Source of the DNA: Romboutsia sedimentorum
GTDB lineage: Bacteria > Bacillota > Clostridia > Peptostreptococcales > Peptostreptococcaceae
Direction of reading: 5' to 3'
DNA: 24,000 bases
NCBI RefSeq assembly: GCF_030131845.1
Contig: NZ_JASKYM010000002.1
Coordinates: 296,247 to 320,246, forward strand
Shown here: one piece after another, positions 1-8,479 of the stretch
How positions within the stretch are numbered: position 1 is the first letter of the stretch
Layout: every line of letters begins with the position of its first letter
Position numbers and translations under genes: made by a program
Notes under the pieces: generated by a model
What the model was told of the DNA's origin: nothing
The model's database searches: none
Seen by the model: only the letters and a program-made list of their open reading frames with translations

Positions 1-1
1 T

Positions 2-1714
2 ATAGTTGAGAATATACTTGGAAGAACAATAGTGATTGATACTATAGATAATGGAATTAAATTTGCAAAAGAAACAAACCATAAATATAAAGTTGTAACT
101 TTAGATGGAGAAATACTAAACCCAGGAGGTTCTTTAACAGGAGGAAGTTTTAGAACTAACGGGAATATATTATCTAGAAAAAGGTTAATAAATGAATACT
201 CTCAAAAAATTCAAGATGCTAAAGAAGAAATTGAATTGTTAACAAATCAAAAAGAAGAATGTAGTCAAGACATAATCAACTATCAAAGTGACATAAATGA
301 AATTAATAAACAAATAAAAGAAGTTGATAAAACTATAATAATTGAGAATTCATACATTGGAAAAGTAGAAGATGAGATAAAATCTTTAAAAATAAACACA
401 GCTAAATTAGAAAATGAAAAAGAAAGTTTAGATTCTAACTTGAAATATACTTTAGAAAAAATTGAAAGCGTTAAAAAGAGTATATTAGAATTAGATAACA
501 AACATAATGATAACAAGGATAAAATAGGTGAGCTATCTATAGTATTAAAACAATCAAGTGGAGTTTATGAAACTGACAAGATAAAATATGATGATCTAAA
601 TATAGATTTAGTGAAATATAAACAATTAAATACAAATACTTTAAGTGAATTAAATAGAATTGATAAAGAAAATCTAGAATTAAAAGAAAAACTAGACAGC
701 ATCCAAAAAGAATTTGAGATACACGGAGTTCAAACATCTAAACTAGAAGAAGAAATAGTTATAGAAGAAACAGAAAAGGTAAGTTTAAATAAACAGTTAG
801 TTGATAATATTATAAACTTAGATAACAAAAAAGCTTCTAAAGAAGATTTAAAGAATAAATTAGAAGAACTAAACAAAGATTTAAAAACTATAGATAGACA
901 GTACATAGACTTAAAAGAAAGTTTATTTAAAGTACAAGGTAAATTAGAAAGATTTAAATCTAGTCAAGAAACTTATAAAAATAGATTGATTGAAGAGTAT
1001 GAAATGACTTTAGAACAAGCTGTAGAAATTAAAGATGATACTATAGAAATAGATAAAAGGATGCTAGAAAACCTAAAAAGAGAAATAAGAGTTCTTGGAA
1101 ATGTAAATATGGACTCTATAAAAGAGTATGAAGAAGTAAAAGAGAGATATGATTTTTATAGTGAACAAAAACAAGATTTAGAACAGTCAATAGAAGCGAT
1201 AGAAAAGCTTATATCAGATCTAGAAGAAAATATGAAGGCAGAGTTTAAAGTTAAATTTGAAAAAATAAATGAAAACTTCAAATATGTATATAAAAGGTTA
1301 TTTGGTGGAGGTAATGGAGAACTTACTATATTAGATAAACAAAATATACTAGAAAGTGATATTGAAATAACAGCTCAGCCACCTGGCAAAAAAATGAAAA
1401 ACTTAAACTTATTATCAGGTGGAGAAAAAGCTCTTACTGCAATAAGTATATTGTTCTCAATATTATTAGCTAAGCCAACGCCGTTTTGTATATTAGATGA
1501 AATAGAGGCTCCATTAGATGATGCTAATATATTTAGATTTGGAGAATTCTTAAAAGAATTATCTCAAGATACTCAGTTTATAGCAGTTACACATAGAAGA
1601 GGAACTATGGAAGCATCTGATTATATATATGGAGTAACTATGCAAGAAAAGGCAATATCTAAAGTTTTAAGCTTAAAATTAAATCAAGCTCAAGATATAA
1701 CTGACATAATTTAA
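2..1714 (+). CDS. smc: Chromosome condensation/segregation ATPase SMC, C-terminal ~570 aa (5' end lies outside the window)
   Basis: The frame is open from base 2; the ORF-track M at 32 is an internal GTG. A long E/K/L heptad coiled coil is followed by the ABC-type C-terminal head: signature LSGGEKALTAISILFS, Walker B FCILDEIEAPLDD, H-loop AVTHRRGT. It lies directly upstream of ftsY, as in Bacillus/Clostridia. Confidence 0.95.
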   Translation: MVENILGRTIVIDTIDNGIKFAKETNHKYKVVTLDGEILNPGGSLTGGSFRTNGNILSRKRLINEYSQKIQDAKEEIELLTNQKEECSQDIINYQSDINEINKQIKEVDKTIIIENSYIGKVEDEIKSLKINTAKLENEKESLDSNLKYTLEKIESVKKSILELDNKHNDNKDKIGELSIVLKQSSGVYETDKIKYDDLNIDLVKYKQLNTNTLSELNRIDKENLELKEKLDSIQKEFEIHGVQTSKLEEEIVIEETEKVSLNKQLVDNIINLDNKKASKEDLKNKLEELNKDLKTIDRQYIDLKESLFKVQGKLERFKSSQETYKNRLIEEYEMTLEQAVEIKDDTIEIDKRMLENLKREIRVLGNVNMDSIKEYEEVKERYDFYSEQKQDLEQSIEAIEKLISDLEENMKAEFKVKFEKINENFKYVYKRLFGGGNGELTILDKQNILESDIEITAQPPGKKMKNLNLLSGGEKALTAISILFSILLAKPTPFCILDEIEAPLDDANIFRFGEFLKELSQDTQFIAVTHRRGTMEASDYIYGVTMQEKAISKVLSLKLNQAQDITDII

Positions 1715-1719
1715 AACCA

Positions 1720-1750
1720 TTTAGCAAGTAAATATATTTTACTTGCTAAA
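1720..1750 (+). other. Perfect 13-bp stem-loop between smc and ftsY with no U-tract; possibly a processing or stability hairpin or a weak attenuator
   Basis: TTTAGCAAGTAAA (1720-1732) is the exact reverse complement of TTTACTTGCTAAA (1738-1750), with a 5-nt loop. The sequence that follows is AT-mixed, not a T-run. Confidence 0.4.
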
Positions 1751-1817
1751 TAAATATATAAACAGATTTATTAAAATCTATATGATAAATCTAATATTGT
1801 ACTTTGGAGGTAAAATA

Positions 1818-3071
1818 GTGTTTAAGAAATTATTTAAATTTGGAAAGAAAAAAGATGATAATGAAGAAATAGAAAAATTAAATGAAACTGAAGATACAAA
1901 TGATGTAGCTAAAGAAATAACAGAAGAAGAAAATACAAATAAAGAACAAAAAATTGAAACAAATATACAAGAACCAATAACTGAAAAAGACAAAGAACTA
2001 ATTGAAGAAGAAATAAAACAAGACGAAGAAAATACAAAGTCTGAAGCTGAAGAAGAACCAAAACAAGATAAGATAGAACAAATAGAAGTTATTGAAGAAT
2101 TATCACAAGAAGATGATAAAGAAGAAAATAATATTGAAGAAACTATAGAAGAAGAAAAAATTAGCTTATTTGATAGACTAAAGCAAGGTTTAAGTAAAGC
2201 TAAACAAGGTATAACAGATAGAATAGATGAGGTATTAAAATCATATACAAAAGTAGATGAAGAATTATTAGAAGAATTAGAAGAAATATTAATAACTGCA
2301 GATGTTGGTGTAAATACTACTATGGATATAATAGAACAACTTAGAGTTAAGATAAAACAAAAGGGAATAACAGACCCAATGGATGTTAGGGTTGAACTTA
2401 AAGCTATAGTAGAAGAAATACTAACTAATGATAATTCAAAGTTAGATGTATCTCATTCTCCAACTATAATACTTATGGTTGGTGTAAATGGAGTTGGGAA
2501 AACAACTACAATAGGAAAATTAGCAAACAAATATAAAAAAGATGGCAAAAAAGTATTATTAGCAGCAGGAGACACTTTTAGAGCAGCGGCGATAGAACAA
2601 TTAGAAGTATGGTCATCAAGAAGTAATGTTGATATAATAAAACATCAAGAAGGAGCAGACCCAGGAGCTGTAATATTTGATGCTGTAAAAGCTGCGAAGG
2701 CTAGAAATGTGGATGTATTAATTTGTGATACTGCAGGTAGATTACACAATAAAGCTAACCTTATGAATGAACTTGGAAAAGTGTTTAAAATAGTAGATAG
2801 AGAATTCCCAGAAGCTAAAAAAGAAGTACTATTAGTAGTCGATGCGACAACTGGCCAAAATGCAGTATCTCAAGCTAAGACATTTAAAGAGGTTGCACAG
2901 ATAACTGGAATAGTTTTAACAAAACTTGATGGTACTGCAAAAGGTGGAGTTGTTATAGCAGTTAAAAGTGAAGTTGACGTTCCGGTTAAGCTAATAGGAG
3001 TAGGAGAAACTGTAGAAGATTTACAAGACTTTGACGCAAAGGCATTTTCTGATGCTTTATTTGGGAAGTAA
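1818..3071 (+). CDS. ftsY: Signal recognition particle receptor FtsY (basic N-terminal helix + acidic A-like domain + NG domain)
   Basis: SRP-GTPase motifs are present: GVNGVGKTTTIGKLA (P-loop), DTAGRLHNK, TKLDGTAKGG. GGAGG at 1806-1810 sits 7 nt before an in-frame GTG at 1818, giving MFKKLFKFGKKK. The ORF-track TTG start at 1743 has no SD and would add a hydrophobic junk N-terminus. Confidence 0.93.
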   Translation: MFKKLFKFGKKKDDNEEIEKLNETEDTNDVAKEITEEENTNKEQKIETNIQEPITEKDKELIEEEIKQDEENTKSEAEEEPKQDKIEQIEVIEELSQEDDKEENNIEETIEEEKISLFDRLKQGLSKAKQGITDRIDEVLKSYTKVDEELLEELEEILITADVGVNTTMDIIEQLRVKIKQKGITDPMDVRVELKAIVEEILTNDNSKLDVSHSPTIILMVGVNGVGKTTTIGKLANKYKKDGKKVLLAAGDTFRAAAIEQLEVWSSRSNVDIIKHQEGADPGAVIFDAVKAAKARNVDVLICDTAGRLHNKANLMNELGKVFKIVDREFPEAKKEVLLVVDATTGQNAVSQAKTFKEVAQITGIVLTKLDGTAKGGVVIAVKSEVDVPVKLIGVGETVEDLQDFDAKAFSDALFGK

Positions 3072-3136
3072 TTAGCATTAAAAATAAAGTGTCAATAATA
3101 TACTACAATAACTTTAAAATAAATAATAATTCTATA

Positions 3137-3165
3137 TTGACAACAAGTGCTATATAGTATAAAAT
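3137..3165 (+). promoter_or_regulatory. Sigma-A-type promoter for ylxM-ffh(-rpsP...)
   Basis: TTGACA (3137-3142), a 17-nt spacer, then TAAAAT (3160-3165), about 50 nt upstream of the ylxM ATG. Confidence 0.55.
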
Positions 3166-3217
3166 ACAATGTGTAAAGTAAATAACCTTTACAGTATGTC
3201 ACTGGGAAGTGTAATAG

Positions 3218-3586
3218 ATGAATATAGAAAAGATGGTTGAAATTGGATTATTATTTGAACAATACAAAGAATTACTAACTGATAAGCAAAGAGAGATAGT
3301 TTCTCTATATTATGAAGAAGATTATTCTTTAGGCGAAATTAGTGAAAATTTTAATGTATCTAGACAAGGTGTCTATGATACGCTAAAGCGTTCAGAGAAA
3401 ATACTAAAAGACTATGAAAATAAATTGAAATTAGTATATAAACTCCAAGAACAAGAAAAATTCGTCAAAGTTATAGTAGATAAAATTGTTGACATTAAAC
3501 AAGATTTATTGCAAAATAGAGATTGTGCTAATTTAATCCCTAGGCTAGAAAATATAGAAGATATATGTAGGGAGATGTTAAAATGA
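3218..3586 (+). CDS. ylxM: YlxM/UPF0122 small helix-turn-helix protein (sigma-70 region-4-like) of the ffh operon
   Basis: About 120 aa with a [38 protein letters not shown]. It occupies the conserved position immediately 5' of ffh, and its stop overlaps the ffh start (ATGA at 3583-3586). Confidence 0.9.
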   Translation: MNIEKMVEIGLLFEQYKELLTDKQREIVSLYYEEDYSLGEISENFNVSRQGVYDTLKRSEKILKDYENKLKLVYKLQEQEKFVKVIVDKIVDIKQDLLQNRDCANLIPRLENIEDICREMLK

Positions 3587-4935
3587 TATTTGAAGGATTA
3601 TCTGATAAACTACAAGGTGCACTTAGTAAGTTAAAGTCTAAAGGAAAACTTACTGAAAAAGATATAAAAGATGCTATGAGAGAAGTTAAACTTGCTTTAT
3701 TAGAAGCAGATGTTAACTTTAAAGTAGTTAAGGATTTCATAAAAAAAGTACAAGAAAGATGTGTTGGACAAGAAGTGATGGAAAGTTTAACTCCTGCACA
3801 ACACATAATTAAAATAGTAAATGAAGAACTTACAAGCTTAATGGGTGATGTATCTAGTAAAGTAGTAATATCTCCTAAGCCACCAACAATAATAATGATG
3901 GTTGGACTTCAAGGGGCAGGAAAAACTACAACATCTGGTAAACTTGGAGGATACTTTAAAAAGCAAGGTAAAAGACCTTTGCTTGTTGCATGTGACGTTT
4001 ATAGACCAGCGGCTATAAAGCAGTTACAAGTAGTTGGAGAAAAATTAGATATACCAGTATTCAACATGGGTGACAAGGAAAGTCCAATAAATATAGCAAA
4101 AGCAGGATTAAGTCATGCATTAAAAAATAATAATGACTTAGTTATTATAGATACAGCAGGTAGACTTCATGTTGATGAAGCTTTAATGGATGAATTAAAA
4201 TCAATCAAAAGTGAAGTTAAACCTCATGAAATACTTTTAGTTGTAGACTCTATGACAGGACAAGATGCAGTTAATGTTGCAGAAAGTTTTAATGAAACTC
4301 TTGGAGTAGATGGAGTAGTATTAACTAAATTAGATGGAGACACTCGAGGTGGAGCAGCACTTTCAATAAGAGCTGTAACTCAAAAACCTATAAAGTTTAT
4401 AGGTATGGGTGAAAAGTTAGATGACTTAGAACAGTTCCATCCAGATAGAATGGCATCTAGAATATTAGGTATGGGAGATATCCTAAGCTTAATAGAAAAA
4501 GCACAAGAAAATATGGATATGGATAAAGCTAGAGAGTTAGAGCAAAAGATTAAGAAGCAAGAACTTGATTTTGAAGACTTTTTAGAACAAATGGAACAAA
4601 TTCAAAACATGGGACCACTTGATAAAATATTAGGTATGATGCCAGGTATGGGAAATATTAAAGACCAACTTGGTGACGTAGATTTAAATGGTAAAGAGAT
4701 GAAAAGAACTAAAGCCATTGTACAATCTATGACAGTAGAAGAAAGAAGAAATCCTACTATATTAAATGCTTCTAGGAAAAAAAGAATAGCTAGAGGTAGT
4801 GGAAGTAGTGTCCAAGATGTAAACAGGCTGATAAAACAATTCAACGAAATGAAGAAAATGATGAAGATGTTTACAGGCTCACAAAAAAGTATGAAGAAAA
4901 GGGGCGGTTTCGCCGGACTTCCTTTCTTTAAATAA
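3583..4935 (+). CDS. ffh: Signal recognition particle protein Ffh
   Basis: [16 protein letters not shown]-loop, [21 protein letters not shown], and a Met-rich M domain ([15 protein letters not shown]). SD GGGAG at 3570-3574. Confidence 0.97.
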   Translation: MIFEGLSDKLQGALSKLKSKGKLTEKDIKDAMREVKLALLEADVNFKVVKDFIKKVQERCVGQEVMESLTPAQHIIKIVNEELTSLMGDVSSKVVISPKPPTIIMMVGLQGAGKTTTSGKLGGYFKKQGKRPLLVACDVYRPAAIKQLQVVGEKLDIPVFNMGDKESPINIAKAGLSHALKNNNDLVIIDTAGRLHVDEALMDELKSIKSEVKPHEILLVVDSMTGQDAVNVAESFNETLGVDGVVLTKLDGDTRGGAALSIRAVTQKPIKFIGMGEKLDDLEQFHPDRMASRILGMGDILSLIEKAQENMDMDKARELEQKIKKQELDFEDFLEQMEQIQNMGPLDKILGMMPGMGNIKDQLGDVDLNGKEMKRTKAIVQSMTVEERRNPTILNASRKKRIARGSGSSVQDVNRLIKQFNEMKKMMKMFTGSQKSMKKRGGFAGLPFFK

Positions 4936-4967
4936 ATAATAGACAAAAATTTTCGGAGGTGACTGTA

Positions 4968-5234
4968 ATGGCAGTTAAAATAAGATTAAAAAGAATGGGA
5001 TCAAACAAAAAACCTTTCTACAGAATAGTAGTAGCGGATTCAAGATCTCCTAGAGATGGAAAATTCATAGAGGAAATAGGATTTTACAATCCAATTACTC
5101 AACCAAAGCAAGTTAAAATAAACGATGAGAAAGCTGTAAAGTGGTTATCAAACGGTGCTCAACCAACTGAAACTGTAAAATCTTTATTAGTTAATAACGG
5201 AGTAATGGAAAAATTCGAAGCTTCTAAAAAATAA
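4968..5234 (+). CDS. rpsP: 30S ribosomal protein bS16
   Basis: [31 protein letters not shown] matches the canonical S16 N-terminus. GGAGG at 4955-4959 lies 8 nt before the ATG at 4968. The ORF-track GTG at 4959 overlaps the SD itself. Confidence 0.96.
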   Translation: MAVKIRLKRMGSNKKPFYRIVVADSRSPRDGKFIEEIGFYNPITQPKQVKINDEKAVKWLSNGAQPTETVKSLLVNNGVMEKFEASKK

Positions 5235-5259
5235 TTTTTTTTGATTAGGAGATGAGTAT

Positions 5260-5487
5260 ATGAAAGAGCTAGTGTTAGATATAGCTAAAGCTCTAGTTGA
5301 TAACCCAGAAGGTGTAGTAGTTGAAGAAACAAAGGATAAAGATGAAATAATCTTAAAACTTAGTGTTTCTCAAGATGACATGGGAAAGGTTATTGGAAAG
5401 CAGGGCAGAATAGCTAAGGCTATAAGAACTGTCGTTAAATCTGCTGCAAACAGAGAGAACGTCAAAGTTTCTCTTGAGATAGTATAA
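5260..5487 (+). CDS. khpA: Small KH-domain RNA-binding protein (YlqC/KhpA family)
   Basis: 75 aa with a KH GxxG loop (VIGKQGRIAKAIRTV). It holds the conserved position between rpsP and rimM. Confidence 0.85.
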   Translation: MKELVLDIAKALVDNPEGVVVEETKDKDEIILKLSVSQDDMGKVIGKQGRIAKAIRTVVKSAANRENVKVSLEIV

Positions 5488-5516
5488 AAGGATTAGGTAT
5501 ATACCTAGTCCTTTTT
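5488..5516 (+). terminator. Rho-independent terminator/attenuator after khpA
   Basis: AGGATTAGGTA / TACCTAGTCCT form an 11-bp stem with one G-U pair, followed by TTTTT. Confidence 0.7.
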
Positions 5517-5525
5517 GTATATAAG

Positions 5526-5562
5526 TACAAAGAATAAAAAATACCAATTATACAAAGAATAA
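5526..5562 (+). repeat. Two exact 12-nt direct repeats, TACAAAGAATAA, in the khpA-rimM spacer
   Basis: Copies at 5526-5537 and 5551-5562, with starts 25 nt apart, lie between the terminator and the rimM SD. Confidence 0.6.
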
Positions 5563-5591
5563 GATTAATTTAAGGCGTAAGGAGAAGTATA

Positions 5592-6104
5592 ATGAATAAA
5601 TTAACGCATTTTAAAATAGGACAAATAGTTAGTACCCAAGGCCTAAAAGGTGAAGTAAGGGTATATAGTTATACAGATGATATATATAGATTTGATGATT
5701 TAGAGACTTTTTATTTAGGTAAAGATTTAGAAAATAAATGGATAGTTGAAAAAGTTAGATATAAGGGCAACATGGTAATAATGAAGATAAAAGGCATAAA
5801 CACTGTAGAAGAAGCTGAAAAATTAAAAAATAAATTTATGTATGTATCAAGAGAAGAAGGTAGAGAATTAGAAGAAGGTGAATTCTTTATATCTGATATG
5901 ATAGGTATAGATGTATACACTGTAGATGGACAACATGTAGGGGTATTAGATGATGTACTTCAATATGCTGCAAATGATGTGTATGTTATAAAAGGTGCAG
6001 AGAATAAAGAATATATGATACCAGCTATGCTTAAGTTTGTGCCTACAATAGATATGAGTGAAAGAAAAATGATAATAGACCCTATAGCGGGAATGTTAGA
6101 CTAG
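5592..6104 (+). CDS. rimM: 16S rRNA processing protein RimM
   Basis: 170 aa with the N-terminal GQIVSTQGLKGEVRV motif and a PRC-barrel C-terminal half. SD AAGGAG is present, and the gene lies upstream of trmD as in the conserved order. Confidence 0.92.
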   Translation: MNKLTHFKIGQIVSTQGLKGEVRVYSYTDDIYRFDDLETFYLGKDLENKWIVEKVRYKGNMVIMKIKGINTVEEAEKLKNKFMYVSREEGRELEEGEFFISDMIGIDVYTVDGQHVGVLDDVLQYAANDVYVIKGAENKEYMIPAMLKFVPTIDMSERKMIIDPIAGMLD

Positions 6105-6112
6105 GAGATAAT

Positions 6113-6805
6113 ATGAGATTTCATATAATGACCCTTTTTCCAGAGATATTTAATTCATATATGAGTGAGAGTATAATGAAAAGGGCTGTGGAGAAAGAAA
6201 AAATAGAAGTAAACATATATAATATGAGAGACTTTTCTACTAATAAACATAAAAAAGTAGATGACTATCCGTTTGGAGGAGGAGCTGGTATGGTAATGAC
6301 TCCTCAACCTATATATGACACGTATATGCATATTATAAACACACACAATATAAAAGACCCAAGAGTTATTTATTTAACTCCTAAGGGAAAAGTACATAAT
6401 CAAACTATGGCAGAAGGTTTTTCTAAATTAGATGATGTTATTCTTTTATGTGGGCATTATGAAGGGATAGATCAAAGGATTATTGATTTAATAGTAACTG
6501 ATGAAGTCTCTATAGGAGACTATGTTCTAACAGGTGGGGAGCTTCCAGCTTTAATACTAATTGATTCAATATCTAGACTTATACCCGGTGTATTAAGTCA
6601 AAATGAATCTTTTGAAGAAGAATCTTTTAAGGATAATTTGCTAGAATATCCGCATTACACAAGACCGAGAGAGTTTATGGATCTTCAAGTTCCAGATGTT
6701 TTATTATCTGGAAATCATAAAAACATAGAAAATTGGAGAAATGACGAATCTATTAGAATCACTAAAGAAAGAAGACCAGATTTGTATAAAAAAGCTTGTA
6801 AATAA
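6113..6805 (+). CDS. trmD: tRNA (guanine37-N1)-methyltransferase TrmD
   Basis: TrmD motifs DDYPFGGGAGMVM, LCGHYEGIDQR and IGDYVLTGGELPA are present. The SD AGGAG overlaps the rimM stop. Confidence 0.96.
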   Translation: MRFHIMTLFPEIFNSYMSESIMKRAVEKEKIEVNIYNMRDFSTNKHKKVDDYPFGGGAGMVMTPQPIYDTYMHIINTHNIKDPRVIYLTPKGKVHNQTMAEGFSKLDDVILLCGHYEGIDQRIIDLIVTDEVSIGDYVLTGGELPALILIDSISRLIPGVLSQNESFEEESFKDNLLEYPHYTRPREFMDLQVPDVLLSGNHKNIENWRNDESIRITKERRPDLYKKACK

Positions 6806-6824
6806 ACATAAAATATAGTATAAT
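6796..6824 (+). promoter_or_regulatory. Candidate sigma-A promoter for rplS, overlapping the trmD 3' end
   Basis: TTGTAA (6796-6801), a 17-nt spacer, then TATAAT (6819-6824). Confidence 0.5.
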
Positions 6825-6852
6825 TTTAAATGTTGAAAAAATAAACGGGCAT

Positions 6853-6904
6853 TCCTCTTTTTACACAAATGAGGTAATTAAGAATGTCTATGATACTAGG
6901 AGGA
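6853..6904 (+). promoter_or_regulatory. rplS 5' leader with an anti-SD element; a possible L19 autoregulatory leader
   Basis: UCCUC (6853-6857) is complementary both to GAGG (6871-6874) and to GAGGA inside the rplS SD AGGAGGA (6898-6904). Confidence 0.3.
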
Positions 6905-6910
6905 CGTAAA

Positions 6911-7264
6911 ATGAACGAATTATTAAAATCATTAGAGCAAGAACAATTAAAGAACGAAATACCTAACTTTGGAGCTGGTGATACTGTTAAGGTACACGTT
7001 AAAATAGTTGAGGGTAAAAGAGAAAGAATACAAATATTCGAAGGATTTGTATTAAAAAGACAAGGTGGAGGAATAAAAGAGACTTTCACTGTTAGAAAAA
7101 TATCTTTCAACGTTGGAGTAGAAAGAACTTTCCCAGTTCATTCTCCAAGAATAGATAAGATAGAAGTAACTAGAAAAGGTAAAGTAAGAAGAGCTAAATT
7201 AACTTACTTAAGAGGTAGAGTTGGTAAAGCTGCTAAGATAAAAGAATTAAGAGTTGCTAGATAA
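6911..7264 (+). CDS. rplS: 50S ribosomal protein bL19
   Basis: [14 protein letters not shown]...[32 protein letters not shown] is canonical L19. AGGAGGA at 6898-6904 precedes the ATG at 6911. The ORF-track start at 6884 would place the SD inside the coding region. Confidence 0.95.
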   Translation: MNELLKSLEQEQLKNEIPNFGAGDTVKVHVKIVEGKRERIQIFEGFVLKRQGGGIKETFTVRKISFNVGVERTFPVHSPRIDKIEVTRKGKVRRAKLTYLRGRVGKAAKIKELRVAR

Positions 7265-7283
7265 TTAAACTTTACTATAAATT

Positions 7284-7311
7284 AAAAGGACTGATTATAT
7301 CAGTCCTTTTT
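7284..7311. terminator. Bidirectional rho-independent terminator shared by rplS (+) and manA (-)
   Basis: AAAA-GGACTGAT-tat-ATCAGTCC-TTTTT: a perfect 8-bp GC-containing stem flanked by an A-run and a T-run, between convergent stop codons (7264 and 7322). Confidence 0.8.
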
Positions 7312-7321
7312 GTATGCTATA

Positions 7322-8266
7322 TTATATGTGAGAATATATAATTTCCATGTTACCATCTAAAGTAAATTCATCTAAATCTGAAGGTATTATGAAATTATCG
7401 CCTTTAGTTAATTCAAATGAAGATGTAGAAGTAGTTAAAGTACCATTCCCATCTAATACACTGTATAAAGAAAATGGCTTATCATGTCTAAAATTACATT
7501 TTCCAAACACCTCTAATTTATGAACGCTAAAAAATTCATTACTTACAAATGTAGTACGATTAAAACTATCAGTAGATGCTGTATTGTAAGTGTTATTATT
7601 TTCAATATGAGGAACTGTAGTTACAGCTATAGATTTATTTACATGAAGTTCACGCTTATTTCCATTATCATCAACTCTATCATAGTCATAAACTCTATAA
7701 GTTGTATCAGAGTTTTGCTGCGTTTCTAATACTAAAGTTCCTTTACATAGTGCGTGTATAGTACCACTTGGAACATAGAAGAAATCTCCTTTTTTAACTT
7801 TAACTCTTCTAAGTAAATCACTCCACTCATTATTAGCTATCATTTGAGATAGTTGTTCACGGGAAGTAGCATTATGACCAAATATCATTTCTGCATCGTC
7901 ATCACAATCTATTATATACCAGCATTCTGTTTTTCCAAGTTCTCCATTTTCATTTACATTTGCATATTCGTCATTAGGATGAACTTGCACAGAAAGGTTA
8001 TCGTTTGCATCTAGAATTTTAGTAAGCAATGGGAATTTATCACCAGGAGCATTTCCGAAAACTTCTCTATGAGTATTCCATAATTGAGATAGTGTCATAC
8101 CCTTGTATTTTCCATTTGAGATGGTACAATCACCATTTTCATGAGAACTTATAGCCCAACATTCTCCGGTATTATTAGAGGGTATTTCATAGTTGAATTT
8201 ATCTTTTAAAGCAGTTCCTCCCCAAATTCTATACATGAATAAAGGGTTTAAAAATAATGGTTCCAT
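7322..8266 (-). CDS. manA: Class I mannose-6-phosphate isomerase (Firmicute-type PMI)
   Basis: MEPLFLNPLFMYRIWGG N-terminus, the Zn/active-site region LSVQVHPNDEYA, and VPSGTIHAL. SD GGAGGC (complement of 8275-8280) lies 8 nt before the ATG. Confidence 0.9.
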   Translation of the reverse strand: MEPLFLNPLFMYRIWGGTALKDKFNYEIPSNNTGECWAISSHENGDCTISNGKYKGMTLSQLWNTHREVFGNAPGDKFPLLTKILDANDNLSVQVHPNDEYANVNENGELGKTECWYIIDCDDDAEMIFGHNATSREQLSQMIANNEWSDLLRRVKVKKGDFFYVPSGTIHALCKGTLVLETQQNSDTTYRVYDYDRVDDNGNKRELHVNKSIAVTTVPHIENNNTYNTASTDSFNRTTFVSNEFFSVHKLEVFGKCNFRHDKPFSLYSVLDGNGTLTTSTSSFELTKGDNFIIPSDLDEFTLDGNMEIIYSHI

Positions 8267-8315
8267 ATATATTTGCCTCCTAAGCTGTGATTAAAATTTA
8301 ATGATACTATAAACA

Positions 8316-8343
8316 ATTATATTATAAAATTAATTAAAATCAA
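8316..8343 (-). promoter_or_regulatory. Candidate sigma-A promoter of manA
   Basis: On the minus strand, TTGATT (8343-8338), a 16-nt spacer, then TATAAT (8321-8316). Confidence 0.45.
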
Positions 8344-8357
8344 GATAATAATAATTA

Positions 8358-8395
8358 AACAAGTTAAAATGTCCCTTAAATTGACACAAAGTATA
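8358..8395 (+). promoter_or_regulatory. Copy A of a shared operator-like motif in the divergent manA/dipeptidase intergenic region
   Basis: AACAAGTTAAAATGTCCCTTAAATTGACACAAAGTATA. It shares an exact ATGTCCCTT core and an exact ACAAAGTATA box with copy B at 9798-9832, and contains TTGACA (8381-8386). Confidence 0.45.
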
Positions 8396-8479
8396 GGGAT
8401 ATATATGCAGAGGTGTATTATTATAAAGTTATAAATAAAAAATTAGACTAACATATAGACATACAATTGGAGTGATAAT

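Noticed and set aside
1764-1792. Alternative pairings in the ftsY leader: AGATTTAT (1764-1771) can pair with AAATCT (1774-1779) or ATAAATCT (1785-1792)
   Set aside because: These are 6-8-bp all-A/T helices in ~85% AT sequence. They are thermodynamically weak and expected by chance.
1743-1817. ORF-track 5' extensions: ftsY from 1743, rpsP 4959, rplS 6884, EIIA 11786, rbgA 16436, marR 18548, rnhB 22290
   Set aside because: In each case a strong SD lies inside the extension, 7-11 nt before a downstream in-frame start, and that start yields the canonical family N-terminus. The extended residues are not family-like.
4602-4946. 114-aa minus-strand ORF antisense to the ffh M-domain. The many other 60-94-aa minus-strand ORFs in the track fall in the same class (283-516, 537-737, 1778-1993, 3540-3806, 5353-5547, 5711-5920, 6155-6346, 6826-7110, 8734-8952, 11276-11547, 12922-13176, 13269-13478, 14372-14560, 14854-15045, 15104-15341, 16474-16710, 17429-17659, 17855-18085, 20747-20947, 23580-23783), as does + strand 7520-7729 inside manA.
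   Set aside because: All lie inside or antisense to confidently identified genes, lack an SD, and translate to low-complexity hydrophobic strings. I treated them as shadow ORFs.
8369-8434. Mini-ORFs that start exactly at the shared motif: ATG TCC CTT... (21 aa at 8369-8434 and 11 aa at 9808-9843, both beginning MSL)
   Set aside because: Neither has an SD. The peptides diverge immediately after 3 codons while the DNA boxes stay conserved. The similarity is better explained as a DNA-level operator/promoter element.
8267-8479. Catabolite-responsive element (cre) for CcpA in the manA/dipeptidase and regulator promoters (also 9788-9886)
   Set aside because: cre sites need a central CG. Neither spacer contains a CG dinucleotide or a TGWAANCGNTNWCA-like sequence.
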